Assembly: GCA_951406725.2 (NCBI GenBank)
Contig: OX597823.1
Location: 73,966,001 to 74,030,000, forward strand
DNA: 64,000 nucleotides
Source of the DNA: Octopus vulgaris
Lineage: Eukaryota
Direction: 5' to 3'
Shown piece after piece: positions 12,780-26,633 of this stretch. Below the pieces are notes generated by a model that was not told the DNA's origin, made no database searches, and saw only the letters and a program-made list of their open reading frames with translations. The position numbers and the translations under genes are program-made. Within the stretch, counting starts at the first letter, position 1; each line of letters begins with the position of its first letter.

Positions 12780-13170
12780 CTGAAACTCCTGTGATGGCAA
12801 ATTTGGAGTCCTTGGCACTATGCAGTGGCACCGAGTTCTAGTATTTGTGTAACCCTCGATGCCGAAGTTTGGGACAAGTCCTTCCAGGATCTTCCAGATG
12901 TATATTATGGCATATCTTTCTCGCCTACGCTCTAAGGAATAGAGTCTTAATCTCTTGAGTCAATAGCTTATGTGCTGCATAGAGGCTATCTTCTTCGTGT
13001 AGCTTCGTTGGATTGCTTTAAGTTCTGAGATTAATTTGACACTGGTTGGTGACTATAGCTGAGAGCAATAGTCAAAGTGGCTTAGGACAAGTGTCCTCCA
13101 GAGGACCATAATGGTTTCCTGGTCTCTTGTTCTAAAAGTTCTAAGAATCCATCCGGTCAGCCGCCTGCAT
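12780..13170 (-). pseudogene. CR1/L2-type LINE RT C-terminal fragment
   Basis: Minus frame GWILRTFRTRD..VLSHFDYCSQL*SP...IQRSYTK...LYSLERRRERY..IWKILEGLVP. Confidence 0.8.
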
Positions 13171-13342
13171 TTTTATGTTGAACAAATTATAAACTTATGA
13201 ATATATTACTGAAACTTCCACGCCACACCCATTTTATGTAACCATTTACTTCTTCATTTTACAGGGCCAAAGTGCTTACACTTTTATATCTGTACATACG
13301 TTTAAATATATATATATATTTATATATATATAAAACATCAGT

Positions 13343-14285
13343 ATGAAATGGAAAATCGCCACAGCCGTTATCTGTTGTTTTGGCGTATTCAAAGGTTTAC
13401 GACCATCTGAATCATACCTTACTTCTTATTTGACCTCTGCAGACATGAAGAATTTGTCAGTTGCTGATGTCAACAGCCAAGTTTATCCAGTATGGACATA
13501 CAGCTACCTGGCTACTTTGTTCCTAGTCCTGCTCATAACCGATTATCTTCGTTACAAAATCGTCATCATTTTTGAAGCAATCGCTTATATTATTACCTGG
13601 TTCCTGTTGCTATGGGGAAAAAGCATCCTTCATATGCAGTTAATGCAAGTAGTTTATGGTTTTGCTACGTCGACAGAGATCGCCTACTATTCTTACATTT
13701 ACGCTGCAGTCAGTGAAGATCATTACCGCAAGGTATCTGGTTTCGTACGTGGCAGTAACCTGAGCGGTCGTTTTTTTGCCGCTATTGTTGGGCAGATACT
13801 TGTAATCTCAGGCGTTAATTATTTCAAGCTGAATATTATATCCACAGTTAACGTCTGCATCGCATTCGTCATTTCTATCTTCCTACCCAAAGTAGAAAAA
13901 TCGTTCTATTTTCATAAACAAACTACAAATCAAAGTACTGAAGACATAGACTTGGATTCTGCAAATTATCAAAATACGATCAACAGTAGTAGCATCACCC
14001 AACTGGACACTGATTCAAGTATTCATAGCACCAAGGATGATAACAGAAATAACGACAATATTGTCAAAGTGTCTTTCAAAGACGGCATTAAAAAAATGGC
14101 CAGAGATTTTATTCGATCTTACTCGCACCATGAACTTCTCATATGGTCATTTTGGTGGGCTATGGATTCCTGTGGTAATCTTCAACTTGGTAATTATATT
14201 CAAAACCTATGGATTGAAATAACGCCCAATCGTACGCATACACAGAATTACAACGGCGCCGTGGATGCTGCATCAATGGCTCTAA
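13343..14285 (+). CDS. SLC19A: SLC19-family thiamine/folate transporter, N-terminal coding exon A (about TM1 to start of TM8)
   Basis: RPSESYL, YPVWTYSY, TDYLRYK, EIAYYSYIY, WSFWWA, NYIQNLW, YNGAVDA motifs; acceptor TTTTACAG at 13264; phase-1 donor A|GTAAGT at 14286. Confidence 0.92.
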
Positions 14286-14376
14286 GTAAGTGTTTATTTT
14301 ATTGTTAATTGCTTTGTTACTACTGCTTCTGTCATCATTTTGATGTTTTATTATCATCATAAAGTCAGTGAATAAA

Positions 14377-14790
14377 AGGCGGCGAGCTGGCAGAAACGTT
14401 AGCACGCCGGGCGAAATGCGTAGCCGTATTTCGTCTGCCGTTACGTTCTGAGTTCAAATTCTGCCGAGGTCGACTTTGCCTTTCATCCTTTCGGGGTCGA
14501 TTAAATAAGTACCAGTTGCGCTCTGGGGGTCGATATAATCGACTTAATCCGTTTGTCTGTCCTTGTTTTTCCTCTCTGTGTTTAGCCCCTTGTGGGCAGT
14601 AAAGAAATAAGAAACGTTAGAACGCCGGGCGAAATGCGTAGCCGAGGTCGACTCTGCCTTTCGTACTTTCGGGGTCGATAAATTAAGTACCAGTTACGCA
14701 CTGGGGTCGATGTAATCGACTTAATCCGTTTGTCTGTCCTTGTTTGCCGCCTCTGTGTTTAACCCCTTGTGGGTAGTGTAGAAATATATA
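14377..14790 (+). mobile_element. SINE family C, dimeric
   Basis: Head AGGCGGCGAGCTGGCAGAAACG plus two body units. Confidence 0.85.
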
Positions 14791-15422
14791 AAGTCTGTGG
14801 ATAACAGAACAGTTAGAATACCGCTCAAAGCATCTTGTATTGTTTAAGTACGTCCTTTTGTGTGGTGTTTTTAAAGCTCATCGATTCGTTTTTACATTTC
14901 ATCATTTTTTTTACTGTCAAGAACTGGAGTCGATGTAATTACCGATGCTGGAGAGCATTATTGTTGCTTAATTAAAGGTAGAATCTGTTTGGAGTTACAT
15001 CTCGCTATGCTAAGATTCAAATTTTCGGTCGTTGTCAGTTTTGCTTTCCAGCCTTTCAGGGTCAATAAAACAAGATACCAGTCGTAACAAAGCATTCGAA
15101 TTTACCCATTCTAAATCATATGGATTTGTATTTATACTAGAAACCGCCATTAAATTACTTTCCTTTACGTTTTACGGTTTCATCTATCTACTATCAATAA
15201 ACTAAAAAGTGAATAGGCCAAGCTGACTCCGCTCATCCCGCAAAGTTTCTGGCCCTTTACCAATCTCAGGAACTATTATAAAGCTGTGACTGATCTAAAG
15301 AAGAGACCATAGGACAAACTGTTTTCTGATATTTATTGAGTTGTCCGGAAAGTTGATATTGGTAAAGGTAGGTTGTATAGTTGATATTGGTAAAGGTAGA
15401 TTGTATAGATGCAGGCATTCTA

Positions 15423-15987
15423 TTAGGTTCTCCGCAAAGTTCGTGCCGATTTATAGTGGCTTACCTTTCGACTTATTTTAGAACATGTTTGAATCCATAA
15501 AATAGGATTTGACTACACTTCCATTTAGAACACAGTTTAAGCTATCTTTTCGTGGAAGAAGATTTATGTTCCTATAACCAGTGTTAATTCTGTAACCCTT
15601 TAAATTGGAAGATAAGAAAGTTCATTTCCGGCATTTGATGCTTTGGAAACCAGACAAAAATTGCTGCAGCTCGGCTGGGATGTGTTACCTTGCCTTCCAT
15701 ATTCACCAGATATGCTCCTTCGGATGTTCACTTATTCAGGTCTCTGCAGAATAGTCTTAATAGTAAAAATTTCAATTCCTTGGATGGCGTAAAAAGATAC
15801 CTTGATGAATTCTTTGCCATGAAACCACCTGAATTCTGGGAAGAGAATATTTTCAAGTTAAAGGAAAGATGGAAACGCATTGTGCAACAAAATGGTTCAT
15901 ATTTGGTTGATTAAAAATGTAATGGCAAGTATTTATTGACCTTTTTCTTTCCTTGAAAAATCGGCATGAACTTTCTGGACAACCCAA
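15423..15987 (+). mobile_element. Internally deleted mariner element
   Basis: TIRs TTAGGTTCTCCGCAAAGTTCGTGCCGATTT / AAATCGGCATGAACTTTCTGGACAACCCAA; residual APSDVHLFRSLQNSL...WKRIVQQNGSY. Confidence 0.85.
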
Positions 15988-16435
15988 AATTTATGTAACT
16001 TTGCCTTCTGAGTTGAGACTCCTCTCAGGTCGTCTTTGACTTTCGTCCCTTTGGGATTTATGAAATAAGTACCAGTTAAATACAAAGGTATATTTAATTG
16101 TTTCCAACGAACCAACAGCGTATGTGAACTTTTGCCAACGTACGAAGTCCTTAGATTGCAGGCAGTTTAGCCCCATATAAACCTTGATCGAGCAGACCTA
16201 TGTTATAAAGCATTCAAACTGCGACCATCATGTCAACTTTTTTGTTAGGGAGCTACATAATCTTGTGTGAACTTTCATTTCTTCTAATCGATTAAAAATA
16301 TGCTTGAAGGTGGAATCGAAACCAGATTGCCCCATTCTCTTCAGGCTTTACACATGACGATGTGAAGAATATTGTGTGTGTATCGAGATAAATCGCTTAT
16401 TTATCTACATCACTCTCTCTCTTTTCTCTCTCTCT

Positions 16436-16668
<233 letters not shown>

Positions 16669-16888
16669 TAATATATATATATATATATATTACAAAATTA
16701 GAGAATGGAGAAACATACTTAAATCAGTAAAACATCAACTATCCGATGATACTCAATCCATACTTTAATACACCATTACATATGAGTAAAGGCAATATAT
16801 AAAATGAAATGAGATATACAGTAATAGTAAAAGTAAAAAGATAAAGAGATATAAGTAAAAAATTTCAAATATAATATGCAAATAAATC

Positions 16889-17003
16889 AAAACTGACAGC
16901 TGTTTCGGCAGTGAGGACAGTCATACCTCATTTAACCTATAAGCCATAAAGGCAGGTATAAATGAGGCATTAACAAGGATGCCCCACGGCCTCTTCAGAG
17001 AAT
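16889..17003 (-). ncRNA. Hammerhead ribozyme motif, inverted copy
   Basis: Reverse complement of 17841-17955. Confidence 0.65.
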
Positions 17004-17840
17004 TAAATTAAATTTGTTATAATAGTGAAAAATATTATATAATCATATACATATAAATATAAAAATATAAAAATGTAAAATATAAAAACTTATACATCAT
17101 AATGCTACACTTATATAATATAATACACATTTGTACAAAAAGGAAGGTAAACAGAACAAAATAAAACAAAATATATAACAGTGTATATATTAATATTAAT
17201 AAGTACCGATATTATACATATTTGGCTAATATTTTTTTTTAATAAAAAAAAAAAAAAAAAAAAAAGAAAATTATTCTTTTGTGATTTAAATTTCAAACCA
17301 ATAGCCAATCGAATTAATCTAAATTTTCTTTACCTAGTGGTCAGCATTTCTTAACTCATAGTTATTTCGATCTTGAAAGGATGGACTTGGTGCTAACTTA
17401 ACTGTATCTATTTTTAGTATTTTTTTATTATTATTATTTTTATTATTATTATTATTATTATTAATAGTAATTTTTATTAACTTTTATAGCTTTAGAATTT
17501 TATGAACTGTACCACGGATTTAATTATTATTTTTCATCTCCATATGTGTTAGCCCTTTTTTTTTTTTTTTTTTTCTTTTTTTCTTTTTTTTTTTTTTTTT
17601 ATTAAAAAAAACTATTAGCCAAATATGTATAATATCGGTACTTATTAATATTAATATATACACTGTTATATATTTTGTTTTATTTTGTTCTGTTTACCTT
17701 CCTTTTTGTACAAATGTGTATTATATTATATAAGTGTAGCATTATGATGTATAAGTTTTTATATTTTACATTTTTATATTTTTATATTTATATGTATATG
17801 ATTATATAATATTTTTCACTATTATAACAAATTTAATTTA

Positions 17841-17955
17841 ATTCTCTGAAGAGGCCGTGGGGCATCCTTGTTAATGCCTCATTTATACCTGCCTTTATGG
17901 CTTATAGGTTAAATGAGGTATGACTGTCCTCACTGCCGAAACAGCTGTCAGTTTT
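17841..17955 (+). ncRNA. Hammerhead ribozyme motif with long stem II and palindromic stem III
   Basis: CTGAAGA (17846)-GGCcGTGGGGCA...GCCTCATTTA...TAAATGAGGT...TGTCCTCACtGCC-GAAA (17938)-CAGCTG-TC; GUC cleavage triplet at 17947-17949. Confidence 0.7.
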
Positions 17956-18348
17956 GATTTATTTGCATATTATATTTGAAATTTTTTATTTATATCTCTT
18001 TATCTTTTTACTTTTACTATTACTGTATATCTCATTTCATTTTATATATTGCCTTTACTCATATGTAATGGTGTATTAAAGTATGGATTGAGTATCATCG
18101 GATAGTTGATGTTTTACTGATTTAAGTATGTTTCTCCATTCTCTAATTTTGTAGTATTAATTTACGGTAATATTATTACCTTTACCCATTTAATACAATA
18201 GATGAACTGATTGCTTGACAATTTTTAACATCTATGTATTAATTTTGTTGGGTACCTATCTAGCAGTATATTGGATATATATTATCCCATGGTGGGTTGA
18301 ATTGTCAACCCCTATCTCATCTTATAATATATATATATATATATATCA

Positions 18349-18489
<141 letters not shown>

Positions 18490-18501
18490 GACATTATATA
18501 T

Positions 18502-18546
<45 letters not shown>

Positions 18547-18615
18547 GACATTATATATATATATATATATAATATATAGACATTATATATATATATATAT
18601 ATATAATATATAGAC

Positions 18616-18647
<32 letters not shown>

Positions 18648-18650
18648 GAC

Positions 18651-18696
<46 letters not shown>

Positions 18697-18699
18697 GTA

Positions 18700-19125
18700 T
18701 AATGATAATAGTAGGAATATAATCCCAAAACTTACAGGGAAGAATTCAATTCAACAATTCTAAATCAAATTTCACAATATATAATATATGTATATAATTT
18801 AGAGAAAAAAACTCTTTTAAACAATTCAAGATTGAAAGATATTATTCACACCATATAGAAAACATATACTATAAAAACCTTATTGAAAAAAAATCAATAA
18901 AGTACAATAAATAGTAAATAGTAGTAGAAAGACTACGCACGTTTCATGGCTATATTTTCAAATAGATACTAATAATAAAATCAATTCGATTTAAAATTAA
19001 ATCCATCTAAAATTAATTCTATTTAAAAATATAGTCACTCATCAGGACTAAAATAATAAATAATAAAAAAATAACAAAAAAAAGAAATATACTTAACTTA
19101 TACTAATTATCAAATAAATATATAT

Positions 19126-19185
<60 letters not shown>

Positions 19186-19480
19186 ATGTAGATAAATAAG
19201 GAATTTATTTTGATACACACACACGATATTCTTCACATCTTCATGTATATAAAAATTTTAGATCCAATTAATTTTAAATCGAATTGATATAATTATCATT
19301 ATCTGCTTGAAAATATAGCCGTGAAACGTGCGTAGTTTTTTTTACTACTATTTCCTATTTATTGTACTTTATCGATTTTTTAAACAAGGTTTTTATAGTA
19401 TATGTTTTCAATATGGTGTGAATAATATCTTTCAATAATGAATTGTTTAACAGAGGTTTTTTCTCTAAATTATGTACATA
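18700..19480 (-). mobile_element. Older Penelope-like inverted-repeat element with hammerhead motif at 18931-19050
   Basis: Arms ~18787-19012 and ~19252-19480 are diverged inverted copies; minus strand TAGTC-CTGATGA-GTGACTATATTTT...AAAATATAGCCAT-GAAA-CGTGCG-TA. Confidence 0.65.
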
Positions 19481-19514
19481 TAATATATGTATATGTATAA
19501 TGTATATAAATATG

Positions 19515-19569
<55 letters not shown>

Positions 19570-19637
19570 GTAAAATATATATAATATATATATAATATAA
19601 TATATATAATATATATATTATATATATTATATAGAAT

Positions 19638-19704
<67 letters not shown>

Positions 19705-19999
19705 ATATAATATATTATATATAATATATATATAATACGAATAATATGTATATATGATATATGTATAATATATATATATATAATATACATATATAATACA
19801 CGTATATAATATATATATTATATATTTTATATATAATATATGTATAATATATATATAATATATGTATAAGAAATATATATAAAAATATAATATATATATA
19901 TTTATGATATAATATATATATGTATATACAGTATATATAATATATATTCAATATATATATATATATACACATATATATATATACATACAATATATATAT

Positions 20000-20030
<31 letters not shown>

Positions 20031-20093
20031 CATACAATATATATATATATATATATACATACAATATATATATAAATATATATATATATACAT

Positions 20094-20125
<32 letters not shown>

Positions 20126-20248
20126 CATACATATATATATAATATATACGTATATACAATATATATAGATATATGTATACAATATATATTTATATATACA
20201 TATATATGCATATATATATACATACATAATACATACAAACATATAAAC

Positions 20249-20309
<61 letters not shown>

Positions 20310-20310
20310 T
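19480..20310. repeat. Degenerate (TA)n low-complexity tract
   Basis: Direct reading; source of spurious YI-rich ORFs. Confidence 0.95.
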
Positions 20311-21005
20311 ATTTATATCTGCATATAAATACATGTTGACATGTGCAATGATTATTCTACCCACAGCAAAAATTCCAATATTGAAATGAATCTCACCCAC
20401 CACTACCATCCACCGGTTTTTATTTACTTATTATTTTTTTGACGTGCACTACAAGTTCTTAGTAATTCAGAATCAGCCAGAAGGTTTTTTTTAAAGAAAA
20501 ATAGCAGATAGAAATCTCTCTTTCTGTCTCTCTCCCTCTCGCCACGCACACATGCGCACTTATACACATTTACTGATACATACTCCCACTCTTGCACTGA
20601 GTTTACACCAAGGAATTATTGCTGTAAATTAGACGACAAAGTTCAATTGTCCAGTAATAAACATTGATCTCCTGATTTGGTGTAAGTTATTATTTTCGTC
20701 TATCGAATTTCATGTAAAATCTATTTTGGGGATGTCGGAAAATATATTTTTCCAGAAAGTAATTTTCAACTCGAGGCAAAGTTTTTTATGTTTGTATTTA
20801 TATTTTAATATTTCATATTATACCAGCAGAAACAAAATATCGAATGAAATGTCGGTGCAAAGACCATGGTGCCAAGATAATTAGGTTTGCAATTTACCAA
20901 AAATCTGAACGCTGCTTTTTGCCCTGAAACCTTTGAGTAGTAAATTACTACTGCCGCTGTTTACGAGCTTCAACAGTTGGTTTAATTTTATGCTTAAATG
21001 CTCTA

Positions 21006-21045
<40 letters not shown>

Positions 21046-21352
21046 ATACACTCTGGCGAGCGCTCACACACACACACAGACTCGCGCACGTGCACTCACA
21101 CATTGGCCCACGTACGCATGCACATACGCAGTGGGATGGTTTTAAACCGCCAAATCATCTTGGCTGGTGATCCTATAGGGAAAGTGATACAAATTGGATT
21201 TCTGTACGATCCGAACTCGTACTTTTCGCAATTTGGCAAATGTGTTCTGACCCCAAAAATTTTTCATGCTGGATTTCATTTAGTTAGAAATGATTTCTCT
21301 CTCATCTGGTCACTGTCCACATCTGTATGTAAATGTGCGTGCCTAATATATA

Positions 21353-21936
21353 TGTAAGAATTAGCACTTCCTTCTCAAAGCTTGGATTCGAAATCAGACC
21401 CAAGAATCATTGGTCGTAAAATACCAATGCACAAAAAGGCGCGAAATCAGAATCTCTTTGTTCTGACAAAAAATGATGGATCGTCTCCCTTCGACCTCTG
21501 ACCCGAGCAGGTCAGGCGAAGTTTAACAGGACGACCAGCGACCTACTTTAATGATAACTCTCTTGCGGTATATCTATTTTTCTGGCTATTTGAGATGTTA
21601 TAAATAGAACGGAGAAATAGGTATCTAGAGAGAACCCGAATCAACGTTTAAGAGAACGCCACGCATTTATGAGGACGACGAAAGAATATTCAGAAAGGTG
21701 ACTCTGTCATGCATTATTTACACACACGCACACACACACACCATCAAACATATTCTGCTTTAATGTGTATCCTGTATTATGCATTCCTTTAATATGTATT
21801 ATTTGCAACCACTATTTAATATGCATTTTGTACAAGCGATGTGTAACATTGCTTACAAATTGATGTAGTGATAATAAATCTTTAATTTATTACAAAGCAC
21901 TTATGTATTTATTAATACATCCACGCATCCACTACA
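21353..21936 (+). repeat. 5' LTR (584 bp)
   Basis: TGTAAGAATT...CCACTACA; matches 26634-27217; contains TATAAA and AATAAA. Confidence 0.97.
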
Positions 21937-21938
21937 TT

Positions 21939-21950
21939 TGGTGACCCCGC
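21939..21950 (+). promoter_or_regulatory. Primer-binding site complementary to the tRNA-Trp 3' end
   Basis: TGGTGACCCCG two bases after the LTR. Confidence 0.85.
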
Positions 21951-22054
21951 AAAACGAATCGCGCCTTCCCCGGAACCAGCTTCATCAACCGCGTCGAAGA
22001 ATTACAGTTTGCACATCACCAGCAACGAAGCAACTGAAAATTCCGACGAAAACA

Positions 22055-22930
22055 ATGAATCTCCCGGAACAAAACCCAGCGGCCAACATCGACATGGCAT
22101 TCCAAGCGGCGATCTCGTTAAAAATTCCACCATTCTGGACCCACGACCCGACATTGTGGTTTCACCATATAGAGGCACAGTTTGCCTCTCACAGAATATC
22201 GAGCGATGCGGCTCGACTTTCTCACGTTATCAGTTCTCTGTCACCAGAAATAACGAACGTGATACGCGACCTTATCATGGCACCACCCGGTTCTGTTTCA
22301 TATGAAGTTTTTAAAACCACGTTAATAAACAGAACCTCAGAATCCCAACAAAAAAGACTTCACCAGCTTCTGATATCGGAAGAATTGGGTGACAAAACGC
22401 CGTCCCAGCTTCTTCGGAGAATGAAACAGCTTCTCGGAGATGAGACGCTCCCAGAAAAAATCTTCAAGCAACTTTTTCTCCAGCGTCTGCCCTCCAATAC
22501 CCAGGTTGTTCTCGCGTCCACCAGAGAAAACACATCCCTTGAAGAACTGGCGGAGCTAGCTGACAAAATAGCCGAAGTACCGCACAGATATCCAACGGTA
22601 TCGACGGTGACGCCAGCCGCTCCCAGTACCAATCCTTTCCGTACACAAACCAGTTCTTCAGAGATTTCGGATTTGCGTGCATTAATGACGCAGCAAGCTG
22701 CGCAAATACAAATTCTCACAGCCCAAATACAAGCCCTAAAGTTTAGTCCCCAGCGTCGAAGCACCAGCCGATCTCGACGAGATGGCAGACGGTCTCGAAG
22801 CCCCAGTGCTACCCGAAACTCACATGACACGTGTTGGTACCACCGAACATTCGGAACACGGGCACAAAAATGTACGGTGCCGTGCTCGTTTTCCTCACCC
22901 AGTTCGGGAAACGGCACAGCCAGGAATTGA
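22055..22930 (+). CDS. gag: Gag with CX2HX9CX3C (CHCC) motif
   Basis: [56 protein letters not shown]; first in-frame ATG at 22055. Confidence 0.9.
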   Translation: MNLPEQNPAANIDMAFQAAISLKIPPFWTHDPTLWFHHIEAQFASHRISSDAARLSHVISSLSPEITNVIRDLIMAPPGSVSYEVFKTTLINRTSESQQKRLHQLLISEELGDKTPSQLLRRMKQLLGDETLPEKIFKQLFLQRLPSNTQVVLASTRENTSLEELAELADKIAEVPHRYPTVSTVTPAAPSTNPFRTQTSSSEISDLRALMTQQAAQIQILTAQIQALKFSPQRRSTSRSRRDGRRSRSPSATRNSHDTCWYHRTFGTRAQKCTVPCSFSSPSSGNGTARN

Positions 22931-22968
22931 ACGCGACGGAAGTTCCTGGTTCGCACCCACACAGTCGC
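22906..22968 (+). promoter_or_regulatory. -1 ribosomal frameshift signal (slippery heptamer plus stem/pseudoknot)
   Basis: G GGA AAC in the gag frame; 6-nt spacer; stem GCCAGGAATT/AGTTCCTGGT; loop GCGAC can pair with GTCGC at 22964-22968; pol is in the -1 frame. Confidence 0.8.
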
Positions 22969-25900
22969 CTGTTTTTCGTTTGCGATCGTGTAACAGGCAC
23001 GCGTTTCCTGGTTGACACAGGTGCGGAAGTCAGCATCATCCCAGTCTCCAACACTTCTGGAAAAAGAAAAGAGACATCAGTCTGTCTTCAGGCAGTCAAC
23101 CATTCACCCATTCCAACCTACGGTGAACAGTCCCTAACATTAAACATAGGACTACGCCGCACATTTCAGTGGGTATTCGTCGTCGCTAAACTGCCGACCC
23201 CTATCTTAGGAGCCGATTTCCTGCATCATTTCGGTCTCCTGGTAGACATAAAGAAGAGACGACTTGTCGACACCACCACCAAGCTTACTGTGCGCGGTAT
23301 AGCCGCTCGAATGGACACAGTCAGCCCAACTGTAATGCTTACGACAACGACTCGTCACAGTTCCATCCTGAATGATTATCCAGATGTCGCCCGGCCAGTT
23401 TTTCATAACCAGCCGATAAAGCACGACGTTACCCACCACATCAAAACCAGCGGTCCACCTGTTGCTGCAAGGCCCAGAAGGTTACCACCTGATCGTCTCC
23501 AGGCCGTCAAGCGGGAATTCCAGCACATGCTCGACCTCGGAATCATCCGCGTTTCCAGCAGCAACTGGTCCTCGCCGATACACTGCGTCCCAAAAAAATC
23601 ATCGGCCGATTGGCGGGTTTGCGGCGATTATCGATCACTGAATAAAAGCACTATCAGTGATGCCTATCCGGTGCCTTTTCTTCAGGACTTTTCGAGCTCG
23701 CTGCATGGAGCTCGCATCTTTTCAAAAATCGACCTGGTGCGAGCATACAACCAAATCCCAGTCGAACCTGCAGACATCTCAAAGACAGCAGTGACTACAC
23801 CTTTCGGAATGTTTGAATTCCTGCGTTTGCCTTTCGGTTTACGAAACGCGGCACAGACATTCCAAAGGTTTATCGACATGGTGACTAGAGGTTTGCCTTT
23901 CGTCTATGCCTACATAGACGACATACTCGTGGCCAGTAACTCGGACGAAGAGCATAATCAACACCTTCACCTGCTATTCGAACGTTTACGTAAATTCGGA
24001 ATTGTTATCAACCCTACTAAATGTTTGTTCGGAGTTGCTTCCCTTCATTTTCTCGGCCATATAGTCGATAAAAATGGAATTCGTCCCCTTCCCGAGAAAG
24101 TCAAGGCCATCGTGGATTTTCCACCACCCACATCTCTCCGCAAATTAAGGGAATATCTCGGTCTAGCGAATTTCTATCGACGGTTCGTGCCCCACCTCGC
24201 TGAAATAGCGCAACCGCTCACGGATTTGCTACGTCAGCGAACCGGCAAAAATGCAGATATAGCTCTGACCGAAGATCAACTCGTTTCTTTCGCTGCCCTG
24301 AAAAAAGCGTTATCTAGCGCTACCATGTTGGTTTATCCAAAACCAGACGCCCCACGATGTTTACTCGTTGATGCATCCGATTCCGGAATCGGAGGTGTGC
24401 TACAACAGCTTGTTGACGGTATATGGCAACCGTTGTCTTTCTTTTCTAAGCGGTTAAAACCCGCGGAAACCAAATACAGCACATTCAGTCGGGAATTATT
24501 GGCGGCATACCTGGCCGTTAAGCATTTCCGTCATATGCTAGAAGGTACCAATTTTGCCATATACACCGACCACAAGCCATTAGTATACGCATTTAACACC
24601 AAACCGGATCGCCATTCGCCAAGAGAAATACGCCACCTCGACTTCATATCGCAGTACACGACGGATATACGCCACATCAAAGGGACGACCAACGTGGCAG
24701 CCGATGCACTTTCACGTGCGCAGATCAATGCTATCCACACCACGTCTACAATTGATCTGGCACGTATAGCAGCTGACCAGGAGAATGACGAAGAACTTCT
24801 AAAGCTCCGGAATTCGTCATCTCTGAAATTTCAGCATGTTCCACTACCATCATCCACAGCCCATATTTGGTGTGATATTTCCACTGGTTACTAACGCCCT
24901 TATGTACCACAGAAATATCGTCGAGAAGTTTTCTCCGCTCTACATTCTCTGTCACATCCTGGTATTCGCTCCACTCAAAAGCTAATATCGACCCGTTTTG
25001 TGTGGACCAGTATCAACAAGGATATCAGAGAATGGACCAAGTGCTGCGTTGCGTGCCAAAAAGCGAAAATCCACCGGCACATAAAATCACCAATCGGTTC
25101 ATTTTCGCAGCCCGACGCACGATTTCAGCACGTGCACATTGATATCGTTGGACCCCTGCCACCTTCGCAGAACTATTCATATTTGCTAACTTGCGTAGAT
25201 AGGTTCTCGCGATGGCCCGAAGCCTGGCCCTCTTATCTGATATATCAGCAGAAACGGTCGCTAAAACGCTGATATCACAATGGGTTTCGCGTTTTGGCAC
25301 ACCCGCAACAATTACCACCGACAGAGGACGTCAGTTCGATTCCCACCTTTTCACCGAGCTGACTCGTCTCCTCGGGTGTAAACACACCCGCACTACAGCT
25401 TACCACCCTGCAGCAAATGGCATGGTGGAACGCTTTCACCGCCAACTCAAGGCATCTATAAAAGCAGCTCCAGACAGTTCTCACTGGTTGGAACATCTCC
25501 CTCTCATCCTCCTTGGAATTCGATCCACGATTAAGGAAGAACTGGGATATACTCCGGCCGAACTCGTTTATGGCACAACACTCACCTTACCTGGGCAGAT
25601 GATCGAACCTGTTTCACAAAACTTCCCTGACCCACAACAATATGTGCACCGATTACGAACATCCATGTCGCAAGTATCACCCTCAGGCCCTAGACAACAG
25701 AACGTCGTTTCACGTGTCCCAAAAGATATCAACACATGGACTCATGTCTTCGTGAGGAATGATGGGATACCCTCTCAACTTCGACCACCATATTCCGGGC
25801 CCTACAAGGTCATCAAAAGAGAACCCAAGTATTTCGTCCTCGATATTGGAGGTAAACGAAATACGGTCTCGATTGATCGTTTAAAAAAAGCTTTCATCGA

Positions 25901-26075
25901 GGAGGACTTACATTCAGTCCCCTCTTTTCCTCAAACAGACTCGGCAACTCCAGCGAACACCACAGATTCTGCACAACCCCGACACACCAAATCAGGAAGA
26001 ACAGTTCGATGGCCAGCAAGGTTTGTGCAAGTTTTTCGGGTAAGTTCTGAACTCCTAACGTATCCATCTTCCTAA
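22906..26075 (+). pseudogene. pol: Pol (protease, RT, RNase H, integrase) with one premature stop and one frameshift
   Basis: FLVDTGA, YIDD, DAS..ELLA..TDHKPL..ADALSR, HHCC, HIDIVGP/TDRG/VER, GPY; TAA at 24892-24894; frame change near 25228-25234. Confidence 0.92.
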
Positions 26076-26620
26076 TGAACACATAACTGCATCACCCACC
26101 CAGAGAAATCAAAGAACATTTGTGTACGTAAAGAAAAAAAAAATGAAAACAAAAACTGTCTGTATGAACTTTTACGGAACATTTCAAAATCGAACTTTGC
26201 CGATGAACATTTCTTTCATTTTTGCATGTACATATTTTTTGTTTTCTCTTCAAAATGTTTGCTTTCTCATAAATATATTTTTTTTGCTAACTGTATATCC
26301 ACACACATTTACAAATCTTGTTCTCATGCGTGCTATCACTCGATATTTTTTCGCCACTGAAAGACACCTTGCCTCTATTAGACCTCTAGTAGGTCGAGTA
26401 ATCAATAGACGCACATCTCTTTCAACGCGCCAACATAATTCTGCCTGGGCACATATACATATTGCCCACCATATAGCACACACAAATTGTAAACCTTTCA
26501 TGCATATTTTTATCGTTCAATGTGTAAAAAAAATTTTTTTGTACATGCACACAATCAAAAAAAAAAAATAATAATAATAATACATTTCCAATATCGTTCG
26601 ATCTCTATGGCTTTCTCACT

Positions 26621-26633
26621 AGAAGGGGGGTAG
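26621..26633 (+). promoter_or_regulatory. Polypurine tract
   Basis: AGAAGGGGGGTAG immediately before the 3' LTR. Confidence 0.85.

Larger units (their letters stand above)
16691..18330 (+). mobile_element. Young Penelope-like insertion: ~580-bp near-perfect inverted repeats (16691-~17270 / ~17555-18153) plus 3' extension, inside (TA)n
   Basis: Arms are reverse complements with very few mismatches; each arm carries a hammerhead motif; TATATCACTAATATA occurs on both flanks. Confidence 0.8.

Noticed and set aside
22360-22962. 200-aa antisense ORF in gag and the 149-aa ORF at 26122 (possible env)
   Set aside because: Shadow ORF and low-complexity 3' UTR; no signal peptide, furin site or family motif
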